Of a stretch of 64,000 nucleotides of DNA, positions 22,319 to 32,143 are shown piece by piece. The position numbers and the translations under genes were made by a program. Below the pieces are notes generated by a model. It made no database searches. It had not been told where the DNA came from and worked only from the letters and a program-made list of their open reading frames with translations. Source of the DNA: Myxococcota bacterium (lineage in GTDB: Bacteria > Myxococcota_A > UBA9160 > UBA6930); assembly GCA_965223415.1 (NCBI GenBank), contig OZ245002.1, positions 2,944,001 through 3,008,000 on the forward strand, read 5' to 3'. Position 1 is the first letter of the stretch. Every line of letters begins with the position of its first letter.

Positions 22319-23734
22319 CTACGGATCGCCGTCCGCTGCGAACGCCCAGACGCCGCGGGACATCACCCGCCGCACCCGGCGGGTGTTCTCGATGTCGACC
22401 AACGGGTCGGCGTCGAGCAGCACCAGGTCCGCCAGGAAACCCGGCTCGATCCGGCCGAGCTCCCCCTCGAGTCCGAAGAACGCCGCCGGCACGAGGGTGG
22501 CGGCGGCCAGGGCGGCGCGGGGCGAGAGACCGGCACGCACGAGGAGCGCCAGCTCCGTGTGCAGGCTGTCGCCGGGAATGGCGAGCCCGATGGGCGTGTC
22601 CGTGCCGGCGCCGATGGGGACCCCCCGCGCCCGGAGCCGGCCGACGAGGAAGAGGCTCCACTCGGCGAACCGGGTGAGCTCCTGCGCCGCTTCGCCGGCC
22701 GGGATCTGGCCGACCACGGCGCGCCAGCGCCGGCGCACCTCGTCAGGCAGGCCATCCAGGGCGCGGACCCAGTCCTCGCGCTCGAAGCGCCGGGTGATCG
22801 CGAGGGCGTTGAGCCGCAAGGTCGGCACCTGGATCGTCTCGGTGAGTGCGTCCAGCACCCGATCACACTGGGCTTCGTCGTAGGCCGCGATCGCCGGGAG
22901 ACGCTGCTCCGCGTGGAGGGAGCGGCGCAGGTCGTAGCCCCGATCCCCGGCGAAGGCGCGCATCGCCGCCCGCCGCGCCTCGAGCCGCGGCGCCCAGTCG
23001 CGGGCGCAGGCCAGCTCGAGGTTGCGCAGGTGTTCCATCGAATCGACCCGCGGCCCGGCCTCCGCCGCCGTCATGGCGAGGGGAACGTGGGCGGCGATCG
23101 GCAGCCCGCGGGCGCGCGCCGCAGCGACCAGCGCGTCGAAGACCTCCGGCTCGACAAGCTCGTAGACCTTGACGAAGTCCGCACCGCCGGCCGCCAGGGC
23201 TTCGACCCGGCGCTGCGCCGCGTGGGCGTCCGGCACCGCGACGCCGAGCTTCGGGCGGCCCGGATCGCCGCCGTCGTAGACGGGTAGGGCACCGTCCAGG
23301 AGAGGCCCGGAGAGGAAGATCCGCGGCTCCGGCGCGGGGTCCTCCGCGAGCCGGGCGCGCAGGGCGGCGAGGCGCGCGAGATCCCCGCCCGTGTCGCGCA
23401 CGCTGGTGATGCCATGGCGCAGGAAGAGCTCCGACATCCGTCCGGTCAGGGCCTCGTCGTAGAGGAAGTGGACGTGCATGTCCCAGAGGCCCGGGATCAG
23501 GAAGCGGCCCCGAGCGTCGTGGCGGCTCCGGCTCGCCGGCGCGGGGCCGCCCATCGCGCCGACGGCGACGATGTGCTCGCCGCGCACCGCGACGCGCTGG
23601 CCCCGGCGCAGCCCGTGCTGCGGGTCCACCAGGGTGACGTTCTCGAGCAGGACGTCCGCCGGCTCGGGTGCCAGAGCGCAGGCCGTGAGGCCCGCGATCA
23701 GCGCGGCCAGGGCCACGGCTCGCCCGTTCTGCAT
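22319..23734 (-). CDS. Amidohydrolase family lipoprotein
   Basis: PGLWDMHVH, GITSVRD, GTD, G.IEPG.LADLVLLDADPL. Confidence 0.9.
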   Translation of the reverse strand: MQNGRAVALAALIAGLTACALAPEPADVLLENVTLVDPQHGLRRGQRVAVRGEHIVAVGAMGGPAPASRSRHDARGRFLIPGLWDMHVHFLYDEALTGRMSELFLRHGITSVRDTGGDLARLAALRARLAEDPAPEPRIFLSGPLLDGALPVYDGGDPGRPKLGVAVPDAHAAQRRVEALAAGGADFVKVYELVEPEVFDALVAAARARGLPIAAHVPLAMTAAEAGPRVDSMEHLRNLELACARDWAPRLEARRAAMRAFAGDRGYDLRRSLHAEQRLPAIAAYDEAQCDRVLDALTETIQVPTLRLNALAITRRFEREDWVRALDGLPDEVRRRWRAVVGQIPAGEAAQELTRFAEWSLFLVGRLRARGVPIGAGTDTPIGLAIPGDSLHTELALLVRAGLSPRAALAAATLVPAAFFGLEGELGRIEPGFLADLVLLDADPLVDIENTRRVRRVMSRGVWAFAADGDP

Positions 23735-23800
23735 GGTGAGGAAGCTCCCGGGGCGAGTCTACACCCACGGGGCTTCAGCGGTGCGTGTGCGGGTCCTCGT

Positions 23801-24547
23801 TCAGCTCGTCGGGCGGTGCCGAGCGTAGGTCGCCTTCACCCACAGGGTCGCGGGATGCTCGGCATAGGCGCCCAGGAACGCGACGACGGACGCCGGCATC
23901 GGCCGGGGCTTGGCCATGTCCGGGTGGTCCAGGTCGGCGAGCGGCGCGAGCAGCGCTGCCGCCGTGAGATCGGCGATCGTGAATTCGTCCCCGACCAGGT
24001 AGCCCGTCGCGGAGGTCCGCTTCGCTACCAGGTCGAGCGCTTCCGCGGTGCGCGCGAAGGCACGCTCCACGTTGGCGGGATCGACCACGCCGTTCCCCTT
24101 CGCGATCAACGGGCGCGCGAGGGGAAAGCTGGCCCGGTAGAGCCCGCGGGCGAGCCGCGGCTTGTCGCGAGCGAAGATCCGGCAGAGGAAGCCGCCCTCG
24201 TTCACCAGCACCGAGAAGAGGGCGGTGCGCACGGCCGGCCCGACCTCCGCGTCGAAGCGCGCCTGCAGCTCCAGGGCTTCCGCCTTCGCAGCGGGATCTT
24301 CCGGGTAGAGGCGCGGCTCCGGCCATCCGGCTTCGAGGCGATCGAGGATTGCCGCCGATCCGGCGACGACCTCGCCGTCCTGGACGAGAACCGGCGTCTG
24401 GGTCTGGCCGCTCAGCCGCCGGATCGCCGGGATGTGCGGCCCGGGCAGGTGGCTCACGCGCTCGTGATCGACCCCCTTCAGGGCCAGGCCCCACCTCGCC
24501 TTCTCGTTGAAGTGGGAGGCAGAGAACTGGTGCAAGACGATCGTCAT
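23801..24547 (-). CDS. Glutathione S-transferase family protein
   Basis: SHFNEKARWGL, TPVL, YLVGDEFTIADL. Confidence 0.9.
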   Translation of the reverse strand: MTIVLHQFSASHFNEKARWGLALKGVDHERVSHLPGPHIPAIRRLSGQTQTPVLVQDGEVVAGSAAILDRLEAGWPEPRLYPEDPAAKAEALELQARFDAEVGPAVRTALFSVLVNEGGFLCRIFARDKPRLARGLYRASFPLARPLIAKGNGVVDPANVERAFARTAEALDLVAKRTSATGYLVGDEFTIADLTAAALLAPLADLDHPDMAKPRPMPASVVAFLGAYAEHPATLWVKATYARHRPTS

Positions 24548-24576
24548 CGGAGGGACCTCCTGCTAGCATCTGGTAA

Positions 24577-24594
24577 AGATGATAATCATCATCT
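24577..24594. promoter_or_regulatory. Palindromic TetR operator between divergent gst and tetR
   Basis: AGATGAT-AATC-ATCATCT perfect inverted repeat in an AT-rich gap. Confidence 0.75.
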
Positions 24595-24610
24595 ATCAGG
24601 AGAGGCGAGG

Positions 24611-25222
24611 ATGCCGCGCTACTCCCGGGAACACAAGGCCCGCTCGCGGGCCGCGATCGTGGACGCCGCGGCGGCGGCCTTCCGTCGCCGCGGCTACGAG
24701 GGCGTCGGCATCGACGAGATCTGTGCCGCCGCCGGGCTGACCCGGGGCGGCTTCTACGGCCACTTCGACTCGAAGGCCGACCTCTATCGCGAGGTCCTGG
24801 CCGGCCGTCACGACCTGGTCCGCAGGCTCTCCGAGCGCCGCGGGCGCTCTCCCGACGGCCTCATCCGCGGCGCCGCGCGCATCGCCCGCGACTACCTGAA
24901 GCCCGCTCACGCGGAGGGCGTGCTCGGCGGCTGCTCCCTCGCCGCCCTCGCCATGGACACGATCCGCTCCCGCCCGGAGGCGCAGCGCGCCTATGGCGAG
25001 GCCGTCGAGCAGGTCGCGGCGGAGTTCGCGCGGGGCCGCCCGGACGCGGCCGACGACGACGAGCGTGCGCTCACCGACGACGAGCGTGCGCTCACCGCCA
25101 TAGCCCTCTGCGTCGGCGGCCTGCTGGTCGCGAACGCCTGCGGTGAGCACCCGGTCGGGCGGCGGGTTGCGAAGGCGGCGAGCCGTACGGTGACCCGTAT
25201 CCTCGAAGGAGAGCCCGCGTGA
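24611..25222 (+). CDS. TetR/AcrR regulator
   Basis: GIDEICAAAGLTRGGFYGHFDSK HTH. Confidence 0.92.
   Translation: MPRYSREHKARSRAAIVDAAAAAFRRRGYEGVGIDEICAAAGLTRGGFYGHFDSKADLYREVLAGRHDLVRRLSERRGRSPDGLIRGAARIARDYLKPAHAEGVLGGCSLAALAMDTIRSRPEAQRAYGEAVEQVAAEFARGRPDAADDDERALTDDERALTAIALCVGGLLVANACGEHPVGRRVAKAASRTVTRILEGEPA
25055..25096 (+). repeat. Exact 21-bp in-frame tandem duplication
   Basis: GACGACGAGCGTGCGCTCACC x2, encoding DDERALT x2. Confidence 0.9.
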
Positions 25223-26157
25223 GGCTCCTCGCATGGCTCGGCGGCGTCGCAGCGGTCGCGTTGGCCCTGCCCTTCGCGGGGCCGATGCTGGGGCTCGCCG
25301 GGTACCGCGAGCTGGCCCCCGAGCCGGGCGTGCGCGTGAACATCCCGGCGGGCACCCTCGACGTCCATCAGGCGGGGCGCGGACGCGACGCGGTGCTGGT
25401 CCACGGTCAGCCGGGCTGGGCGGGCATGATGACGCCCCTGGCCGAAGCGCTGGTACCGCAGGGGATGCGGGTCACCTGGTACGACCGGATGGGCTGGGGG
25501 CACTCGGGCCAGCGCCTGCCGGACCAGATGGCCAATCCGACCGCCCACGCGAAGGACCTGCTCGCCTTGATCGACGTCCTCGGGCTCCACCGTCCGGTGA
25601 TCGTCGGATACTCCTACGGAGGCGGCGTCGCGATGGAGGCGTTGCGTCTCGACCCGGGCGCCGCCGACGGGCTCGTCCTGATCGGAAGCGTGGGTGCGCC
25701 CGGAGACCGGCGTGGCCCCCAGGGCGCGGAGCGCTTCCTCTTCTCTCCCGTCTTCCTGCGCTGGGCGTTCGGAACCTCCTTCACGGCCCGCGCGGTCATC
25801 GGCCCGGCGCTGGAGGCGGTCGCCGCACCGGAGACCCTGAGTCCCCGCCAGCGCGATCTCTTCCTGGCCGCGCTCGCGCCTTCGGGCGTCGCGGGCCACT
25901 GGGAACGGGAGCAGCGGGAGCGCTACGAGGGCTTCGACGATCACCAGCCGGCAGCGGTCAGCGCCTGTGCGCTCGTGATCCACGGCGCGGGCGATCGGGT
26001 CGTCTCTCCGGACGTGGGCCGGGCCGTGGCCGAAGCGATTCCAGACGCAGAGCTCGTCCTGCTCGAAGGATCGGGCCACGCCGTCGTCCTGACCCGTGCA
26101 GCGGCCCTGGCGGAGCGCATCGCCGGACACGTGGAACGCTGCGAGGCCGCGGGATGA
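25219..26157 (+). CDS. Alpha/beta hydrolase
   Basis: LVHG, GYSYGG nucleophile elbow, GAGD, GSGH. Confidence 0.9.
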   Translation: MRLLAWLGGVAAVALALPFAGPMLGLAGYRELAPEPGVRVNIPAGTLDVHQAGRGRDAVLVHGQPGWAGMMTPLAEALVPQGMRVTWYDRMGWGHSGQRLPDQMANPTAHAKDLLALIDVLGLHRPVIVGYSYGGGVAMEALRLDPGAADGLVLIGSVGAPGDRRGPQGAERFLFSPVFLRWAFGTSFTARAVIGPALEAVAAPETLSPRQRDLFLAALAPSGVAGHWEREQRERYEGFDDHQPAAVSACALVIHGAGDRVVSPDVGRAVAEAIPDAELVLLEGSGHAVVLTRAAALAERIAGHVERCEAAG

Positions 26158-27188
26158 GGAGACTCCTGGGCACCTTCGTGGCGCTCGCTTCACTCGTGGC
26201 CGCGCTCGGCACCTACGTGCTGTGGGGGAGCGGGATCAGCCGGCGCATCGAGCACCGCTTCGAGGGAGGCTGCCGCAAGGTCGAAGGCATCGCCGGGGCC
26301 GAAGACCTGACGGTGCACCCGGAGACCGGCATCGCCTACCTCACCGGCATCGAGCCCGGCTCCCTGGGCGTGTACGCCTACGATCTCCGGTCTCCCGACG
26401 CCGTGCCGGTGCCGGTGCTGCCCGAAGGCTTCGAGGGCCTTCGGCCGCTCGGCCTCTCACTGTGGCGAGGCGAGCCCCGGGACCGACTCTTCGTGGTGAA
26501 CCGGCGCCAGCCCGACCCGGGTGTGGAGATCTTCCGGCTCGCGACCCCGTGGACGCTCGAGCACGTCCGCAGCATGCGCGACGCCTCCATTCGCTACCCG
26601 AACGACGTCGTCGCCGTGGGCCCCGACGCCTTCTACGTGAGCAACACCCACGCCAGCCCGCCGGGCAGCCGCCGGCGTTGGGTCGAGACCTTCCTTCGCC
26701 TTCCCACCGGTGACGTCACCTACGTCGACGGCTCCGCCGCCCGTGTGGTGACGGCGGGGCTCGCCTACCCGAACGGCGTGAACGTGAGCCGCGATCTCCG
26801 CGAGCTCTACGTGGCGAGCACCGCCACCTCGGAGGTCCACGTCTTCGCACGCCAGCCGAATGGGGACCTGGAGCGGAGCCGGAGCCTTCCGGTGCCCGGC
26901 CTCGCCGACAACATCGACCGGCGCGCCGACGGCAGCCTCGTGGTCGCGCTCCACCCGAAGGCCCTCGATGCGGTGGCCCACCTGGGAGACCCGGCGAAGC
27001 GGGCTCCCACGCGCATCGTCCACCTGGACCCGCGCAGCCCGAAGGGAGACGCGATCCGGATCCTCTACGACGATCCCGGTACCGAGATCTCGGCGGGCGC
27101 CACCGGGGTCTGGTGGAACGACCGGCTGCTCATCGGTCCGGTGCGGGAGCCGTTCTTCCTCGATTGCCGGCTGTCCGAAGGGGTCTGA
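26154..27188 (+). CDS. Arylesterase/paraoxonase-like beta-propeller (SMP-30 family)
   Basis: GAEDL, PNDVVAVGPDAFYVSN, YPNGVN, ADNI. Confidence 0.85.
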   Translation: MRRLLGTFVALASLVAALGTYVLWGSGISRRIEHRFEGGCRKVEGIAGAEDLTVHPETGIAYLTGIEPGSLGVYAYDLRSPDAVPVPVLPEGFEGLRPLGLSLWRGEPRDRLFVVNRRQPDPGVEIFRLATPWTLEHVRSMRDASIRYPNDVVAVGPDAFYVSNTHASPPGSRRRWVETFLRLPTGDVTYVDGSAARVVTAGLAYPNGVNVSRDLRELYVASTATSEVHVFARQPNGDLERSRSLPVPGLADNIDRRADGSLVVALHPKALDAVAHLGDPAKRAPTRIVHLDPRSPKGDAIRILYDDPGTEISAGATGVWWNDRLLIGPVREPFFLDCRLSEGV

Positions 27189-27452
27189 CGAACGACGAGG
27201 CGCGACTACGCCGAACGGCGGATACCGGCCGAAGCGCGATCGAGAGTGCTCCCCAACTCGGGACGCCCGTTACGTCCCCACGCAAGGGAGCGGGACGGGC
27301 GGCGGCGAGCTGCGAGCGCCGGCGAGTCGGTGATTTCGCCGAACCAGGCTCCGGTCAACGGCCAGCACCAGGCCCTCCGTTCCCGGGAAAGAGGGGCGGG
27401 CGGCACGCGTCCCGGATGTGCTGACTCAGCTCGAAGGGGAGACGGGTCGATC

Positions 27453-28400
27453 ATGACCCTCAACGGGGGCACCATGGCCGAGATCGATCTCCAGCACAGG
27501 ACGCTCGAAGGACTCACGGGCAAGCTCGAAGACCTCCCCGTGCTCCCGCTGGTCGTCGCCCGTCTGATGGCGCTGTCCCCGTCGTCGGAGGACTACTTCG
27601 ACGACGTCCTTTCGCTGGTCGAGAGCGATCCTCCCTTCGCGGCGCGTGTGATCCAGGCGGCGAACTCTTCCAAGTCCGCGCCGTTGGAGCCGATTCGGGA
27701 TCTCCGACAGGCCCTCGCGCGAATGGGTGCCCGTCTGATCGGCGAGCTGGTCACCGCCGTGGCCGTCACCCGGGTGTTCGTTCCCCGAACGGATAGCCAG
27801 CGCGCGCTCTGGTCCCATGCCCTGGACGTCGCCCTGATCGCCCGCGAGCTCGCCCATCGGCTCGGCGTCGAGAACGCGCGCCTGGACGCGGTCTACCTGG
27901 GCGGCCTTCTCCACGACCTGGGCCGCTTCGTCATGTTCGACGGCTCGCCCGAGGAGCTCGGGGCCATCGAAGAGCACGGCTGGTCCAGCCCGAACGAGCT
28001 CATCGAGGCCGAACGTGAGCTGTGCGGGTACGACCACGCAGAGCTGGGCTGGCTCGCCTGCCGGCACTGGGGCTTCCCCGACGAGGTGGCGACCATCGTG
28101 CGCGACCACCACCTGGACGAGTTTCCGGCGGAGGAAGGCGACGACGCCGACCACGCGATGGTTCTCGCCTGCATACAGGCCGCGGACGTCGTCGCGGTCC
28201 GGCTACGCCTCCGCCCCGAGCTGCGGGAGGCGGATCCGCGGGAAGCCGCCGACCCCCCGGCAGGCTCCGACGCATCGCTGCCCCAGGCGCTCAGCCGGCT
28301 CACGGTGGACGGCTTCCCGGCCCTCGTCGCGGCCCTGGAGCGCTCCGACGAGTTGGCGGCGGAGCTCGGACTCTCCTCGCCGACCCCGGCGCCCTCCTGA
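27453..28400 (+). CDS. HDOD-domain signalling protein
   Basis: LPVLP, DP..AARVIQAANS, LWSHAL, GLLHDLG, DHAELG..W; alternative start 27474. Confidence 0.9.
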   Translation: MTLNGGTMAEIDLQHRTLEGLTGKLEDLPVLPLVVARLMALSPSSEDYFDDVLSLVESDPPFAARVIQAANSSKSAPLEPIRDLRQALARMGARLIGELVTAVAVTRVFVPRTDSQRALWSHALDVALIARELAHRLGVENARLDAVYLGGLLHDLGRFVMFDGSPEELGAIEEHGWSSPNELIEAERELCGYDHAELGWLACRHWGFPDEVATIVRDHHLDEFPAEEGDDADHAMVLACIQAADVVAVRLRLRPELREADPREAADPPAGSDASLPQALSRLTVDGFPALVAALERSDELAAELGLSSPTPAPS

Positions 28401-28449
28401 TCCATCCGCCCCTTCGCGCGTGAACGGCTTCACGGCGACGCGATCGACC

Positions 28450-28779
28450 TCAGTCGCCGGGCTCCAGGAACTCCACCAGGATCGCCCGGTAGGGCCGGCT
28501 CCCGGTGTTCGTGGCTACCTCGTGGGAGCCACGGGGCACGAAGTAGACGTTCCCTCGGGCCGCGGGCAGCTCGAAGCCCTTCTGGAAGTGGGGGTTGGCC
28601 CGGCCGCCCAGGGGCTCGACCCACACCTTCTCGCCGCCGAGCTCGATCAGGGCGTAGTCGTGTTCGTGGTGATGGGGGGCTGTCGCCTCCCCGGGCCGGA
28701 TCTCCTGCTCCCAGATCCGGACGCGTTCGTCCTCGTGGAGGATGCGGGTGGCGATCGGGCCGAGCTCCGGATCGGTCAT
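28450..28779 (-). CDS. Cupin-domain protein
   Basis: RVRIWE..PGE..HHHEHDY...HE..N.G. Confidence 0.8.
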   Translation of the reverse strand: MTDPELGPIATRILHEDERVRIWEQEIRPGEATAPHHHEHDYALIELGGEKVWVEPLGGRANPHFQKGFELPAARGNVYFVPRGSHEVATNTGSRPYRAILVEFLEPGD

Positions 28780-28962
28780 GGGGGCCTCCGGGTGACGGGA
28801 ACAGGGTAGCCCGGCGCCGGGCGCGGGCCGGAGCGCCCCTCCGGCGGCCTCACACCCCCGCAGGGGCGCGGAACGCGGAAGCAGCGTTCTCCCGAAAGGA
28901 AGCGATCTTCCTTCTCGACGGCCCTCAGCGCCCCGAAGCGCGCAGGGAAGGCTCCAGGGCAT

Positions 28963-28978
28963 AGGCCCGGATCTTGCT
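28963..28978 (+). promoter_or_regulatory. sigma54 -24/-12 promoter of the PEP-CTERM gene
   Basis: AGGCCC-GGATC-TTGCT; PEP-CTERM genes are commonly sigma54-driven. Confidence 0.6.
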
Positions 28979-29027
28979 GGGGCGGGGGCGTCCTTCCTGG
29001 GTTTGGGGCACCGGAGGGACTGTTCCC

Positions 29028-29684
29028 ATGCGCAAGCTCCTGTTGGGAGCCGCGGCCCTGCTCCTCGTGGCCGCCCCCGCCTTCGCCACCCCGGCCACCT
29101 ACCACTTCACCGGCGGCCAGGTCACCGCGACCTTCTGGATCTCGGGCGTGCCGATGACGAACACGCTCACGCTCCAGATGGACGGCGACTTCGTGGTCTT
29201 CGACGGGATGATCCCTGCGATCACGGACTTCTCCCTCTCGATCTCGGGTACGGGCATCGCGCTCAGCCCGGCCATCAACGGCTACGACACCCTCGACCTG
29301 GACGTCTCGATCGTGCCGGGCGCGGGCTACGTCTCCAACGGATCGGGAACGAACCCGACGGTTCTCACGAACGGCCCCATCGACGTGGTCGGCAGCTACA
29401 CGGTGACAGGCCCCGGCCTTCCGCCGGTCAGCGCCAGCGGTGCGCCGCTCTTCTCCACCAGCAACCTCCCGATCACGCTCTGGGGCGGTCTCCCGGGCGC
29501 AATGGCGATCGAGATCGGCGGCGCGACCCTCTTCGAGTTCACGGCGCCGGGCGGGGCGCGGGTGGAGCTGATCGCCGACATCTTCTGGCGGGGCGAAGTC
29601 CCGGAGCCCGGGATCGCGGGGCTCGTCGTCCTCGGCCTCCTGGGCGCGATGGCGCGCGGCTCCCTGGGGCGGGGTGCCCGGTAG
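29028..29684 (+). CDS. PEP-CTERM sorting-domain protein
   Basis: Signal peptide; C-terminal VPEPG, TM helix and Arg tail. Confidence 0.85.
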   Translation: MRKLLLGAAALLLVAAPAFATPATYHFTGGQVTATFWISGVPMTNTLTLQMDGDFVVFDGMIPAITDFSLSISGTGIALSPAINGYDTLDLDVSIVPGAGYVSNGSGTNPTVLTNGPIDVVGSYTVTGPGLPPVSASGAPLFSTSNLPITLWGGLPGAMAIEIGGATLFEFTAPGGARVELIADIFWRGEVPEPGIAGLVVLGLLGAMARGSLGRGAR

Positions 29685-29789
29685 GCCGAAGCCTGCGATC
29701 CCTCCGGTCGCGCGCCCCGGGGACCCACGCCTCCTGCCGTCCCGTGCCGTGACTGGTAGCGTCGGTAGGGTCCGCATTCGGAGGTCCCC

Positions 29790-30410
29790 GTGATCCCTCG
29801 CGCCACGCTGGTTCTCGCTCTCGTCCTGCTCGTCTTCCTCTCGGGCTGCACGTCGTTCTCGCTCTCGAAGCAGTCCGGACCCCTCGCCATCTCGCGCCAC
29901 GAGCAGGCCACCGAGAAGACCCTGGCCGTGCTCCGCTTCGAGTTCGAGGACGACACCATCGCCGCCTTCGAGGATCGAGCGAAGTGGCAGCAGATCCTGG
30001 CCGCCGGGCTCGGCCAGTCGAACGTCTTCGAGACCGTGAGGGAGGCCTCCGTGCTCGATCCGGAGTTCGACGGCTACGTCCTCACCGGCAAGGTCCGGCG
30101 GTTCACCTTCGAGAAGAACTGGGTCCCCACGTTCTTCCCGTTCCACGTCGCCTTGAGCTTCTTCACCCTGGGCGGCTACACGATCTTCGGCGGTCCGACG
30201 ACGGGCACCGCCGTCCGGATCACCGTGGACTTCCAGCTCGAGGACGCGGATGGCCGGCCGATCACCGCGTTCACGGAGAACTACGCCTCCACCCGGGCGG
30301 TCAACATCTACACGAGCGACGCCAAGAACCCTTACGACAACCCGAACCTGGCGCTCTCGAGGATGATCGACTCGACTGCCGCGCACCTCGCAGCCGCCCT
30401 CTCCGACTAA
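29790..30410 (+). CDS. Hypothetical lipoprotein
   Basis: GGAGG RBS; lipobox LSGC. Confidence 0.7.
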   Translation: MIPRATLVLALVLLVFLSGCTSFSLSKQSGPLAISRHEQATEKTLAVLRFEFEDDTIAAFEDRAKWQQILAAGLGQSNVFETVREASVLDPEFDGYVLTGKVRRFTFEKNWVPTFFPFHVALSFFTLGGYTIFGGPTTGTAVRITVDFQLEDADGRPITAFTENYASTRAVNIYTSDAKNPYDNPNLALSRMIDSTAAHLAAALSD

Positions 30411-30513
30411 CGCCACCTCGCACGCCGAACCCCCTGGCGGACCGACCCGTTTCGGATGCGAAGCCCGCCAGACTCCGGGCGAGGGCAGGACGGCTCCCGC
30501 CCGGAGGCTGGGC

Positions 30514-30940
30514 ATGCATCGTCGACCGACGCTCCTTGCGCTCGCATCCCTCGGCCTGGTCGCACTGACGCTTTCTTCTCCGGAGCCGGCCGCGAGATCC
30601 ACGTGCGCTTCGCGCCGGAGGACGCCGAACGGGTCTGGGTGGGAGCGCTCGCCGACGGCTCGGGGCGGTTCCAGGCCAAGATTCCGCCGCAGCTGCACGG
30701 GCGGCCGGCGCGGGCGCAGGCCTTCTTCGGCGGCGGCAAGGGCATCGGCCGGTGCGCTCGGCGGAGATCCTGATCAAGATCCCGAGCGGCGGGGGCGGCG
30801 TGCAGCCCCCGGTCATCGTTCCGGACGATCCGCTCGTGCCCGGAGGCGGTATCGGGGTCGAGGACGACCCGCAGGCGCAGACGCCTCGCGTTCAGCCAGC
30901 TGGCGTCTCGGTGATGTCGGCCTCGAGATCGAGCCCGTAG
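30514..30940 (+). pseudogene. Possible frameshifted remnant of a secreted protein gene
   Basis: Signal-peptide-like start, then protein-like segments in two other frames. Confidence 0.3.
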
Positions 30941-32058
30941 TAGCGCGCCGGATTCTCCAGCAGCATGGTGCGCCGCAGCTCGTCCGGAACGCCTTCGAAG
31001 GCCTCCTCGAGGAATTGGCGCGTGTTCGGGAACGAGCCGACCGAGTGCGGGAAGTCGGTGCCGAACATCAGCCGGTCGAAGGGCACATGCTCGTGCATCT
31101 GCACCGCCCGTGGGTCGCGGATGATCCCGAACCAGCAGTGGTCGAGGATGTACTCGCTCGGCTTGCGCTCGAGCTTCCGGTCGAAGACGCCGCGGAAGAT
31201 CTCGTAGTTGTCGTCGAGCACGAACAGGCCCCAGGGCAGCCAGCTCGCGTTCACCTCGGCGAAGTAGAACTCGAGCTCGGGCAGCCGATCGAAGACGCCC
31301 GCGCAGATCAGCTGACTCAGGGTGTAGAGGGGAGGCGTCCCGCTCGCCCGCTGGGTGATCGTGGCGGCGAAGGGATCGGCGGCGATGCCGATCCCGACGG
31401 CGTTCATCGGCGGCGAGAAGGCCCCGAAGCCGAAGTGCGGCGACAGCTTGACGCCCAGCTCGAGGCTCCGCTTCCAGAAGGAGTCGTCCTCGGGAGCCGC
31501 GAAGCCGCTTCCGTTCGGGAACTGGTGGAAGGACACCGAGCGCAGTCCGAGGCTCTCGACGTACTCGAGCTCGGCGATCGCGTCGTCCACGCCGGTCACA
31601 GGGATCACGGCGTTGCCGATCAGACGGTCGGGCGCGACGGAGCAGAAATCCTTCGCCAGGAAGGTGTTGTACGCGCGAACCAGCGCCCGGTAGGCGTCCT
31701 TGTCCGAGATCGACTCGATCATGCGCGAGGCGAAGATCGGCGGGAACAGCACCTCGGCGTCGATGCCGTCCTCGTCCTGCTCGCGCAGCCGCTGGGCGGC
31801 GTCGCCGGCTCCCTCGGCCGGGGAGCCGTCGGGCTTGAAGTAGCTGCCGCCCTTGATCTTCACCGGGCCGCGGCCAGTGATGTTCTGTCCGTTGGGGACG
31901 AGGGGCTGGCCCTCGATCAGCCACGCCTCCCCGCCGTCGCGCAGCGGGATCAGCTGCGGCGCGTGGGGCCGGTACTGATCGTCGAGGTAGCGGATCCAGG
32001 TATCGGGGGGCGTCTCCACGTGTCCGTCCGCGGAGATCAGCTGGTATTTTCGTCCCAT
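30892..32058 (-). CDS. Amidohydrolase_2 family protein
   Basis: ISADGHV, DGIDAEVLFP, GVFDRLPEL, GTDFPH. Confidence 0.9.
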   Translation of the reverse strand: MGRKYQLISADGHVETPPDTWIRYLDDQYRPHAPQLIPLRDGGEAWLIEGQPLVPNGQNITGRGPVKIKGGSYFKPDGSPAEGAGDAAQRLREQDEDGIDAEVLFPPIFASRMIESISDKDAYRALVRAYNTFLAKDFCSVAPDRLIGNAVIPVTGVDDAIAELEYVESLGLRSVSFHQFPNGSGFAAPEDDSFWKRSLELGVKLSPHFGFGAFSPPMNAVGIGIAADPFAATITQRASGTPPLYTLSQLICAGVFDRLPELEFYFAEVNASWLPWGLFVLDDNYEIFRGVFDRKLERKPSEYILDHCWFGIIRDPRAVQMHEHVPFDRLMFGTDFPHSVGSFPNTRQFLEEAFEGVPDELRRTMLLENPARYYGLDLEADITETPAG

Positions 32059-32143
32059 GGGCGGTTCTCCTCGTCCGCGAGTTTGCGCCGTCGTCGCGGA
32101 CGCCGCCAATCCGGTGGGACGTGGGGAGTGATAGAGTCGCGAC

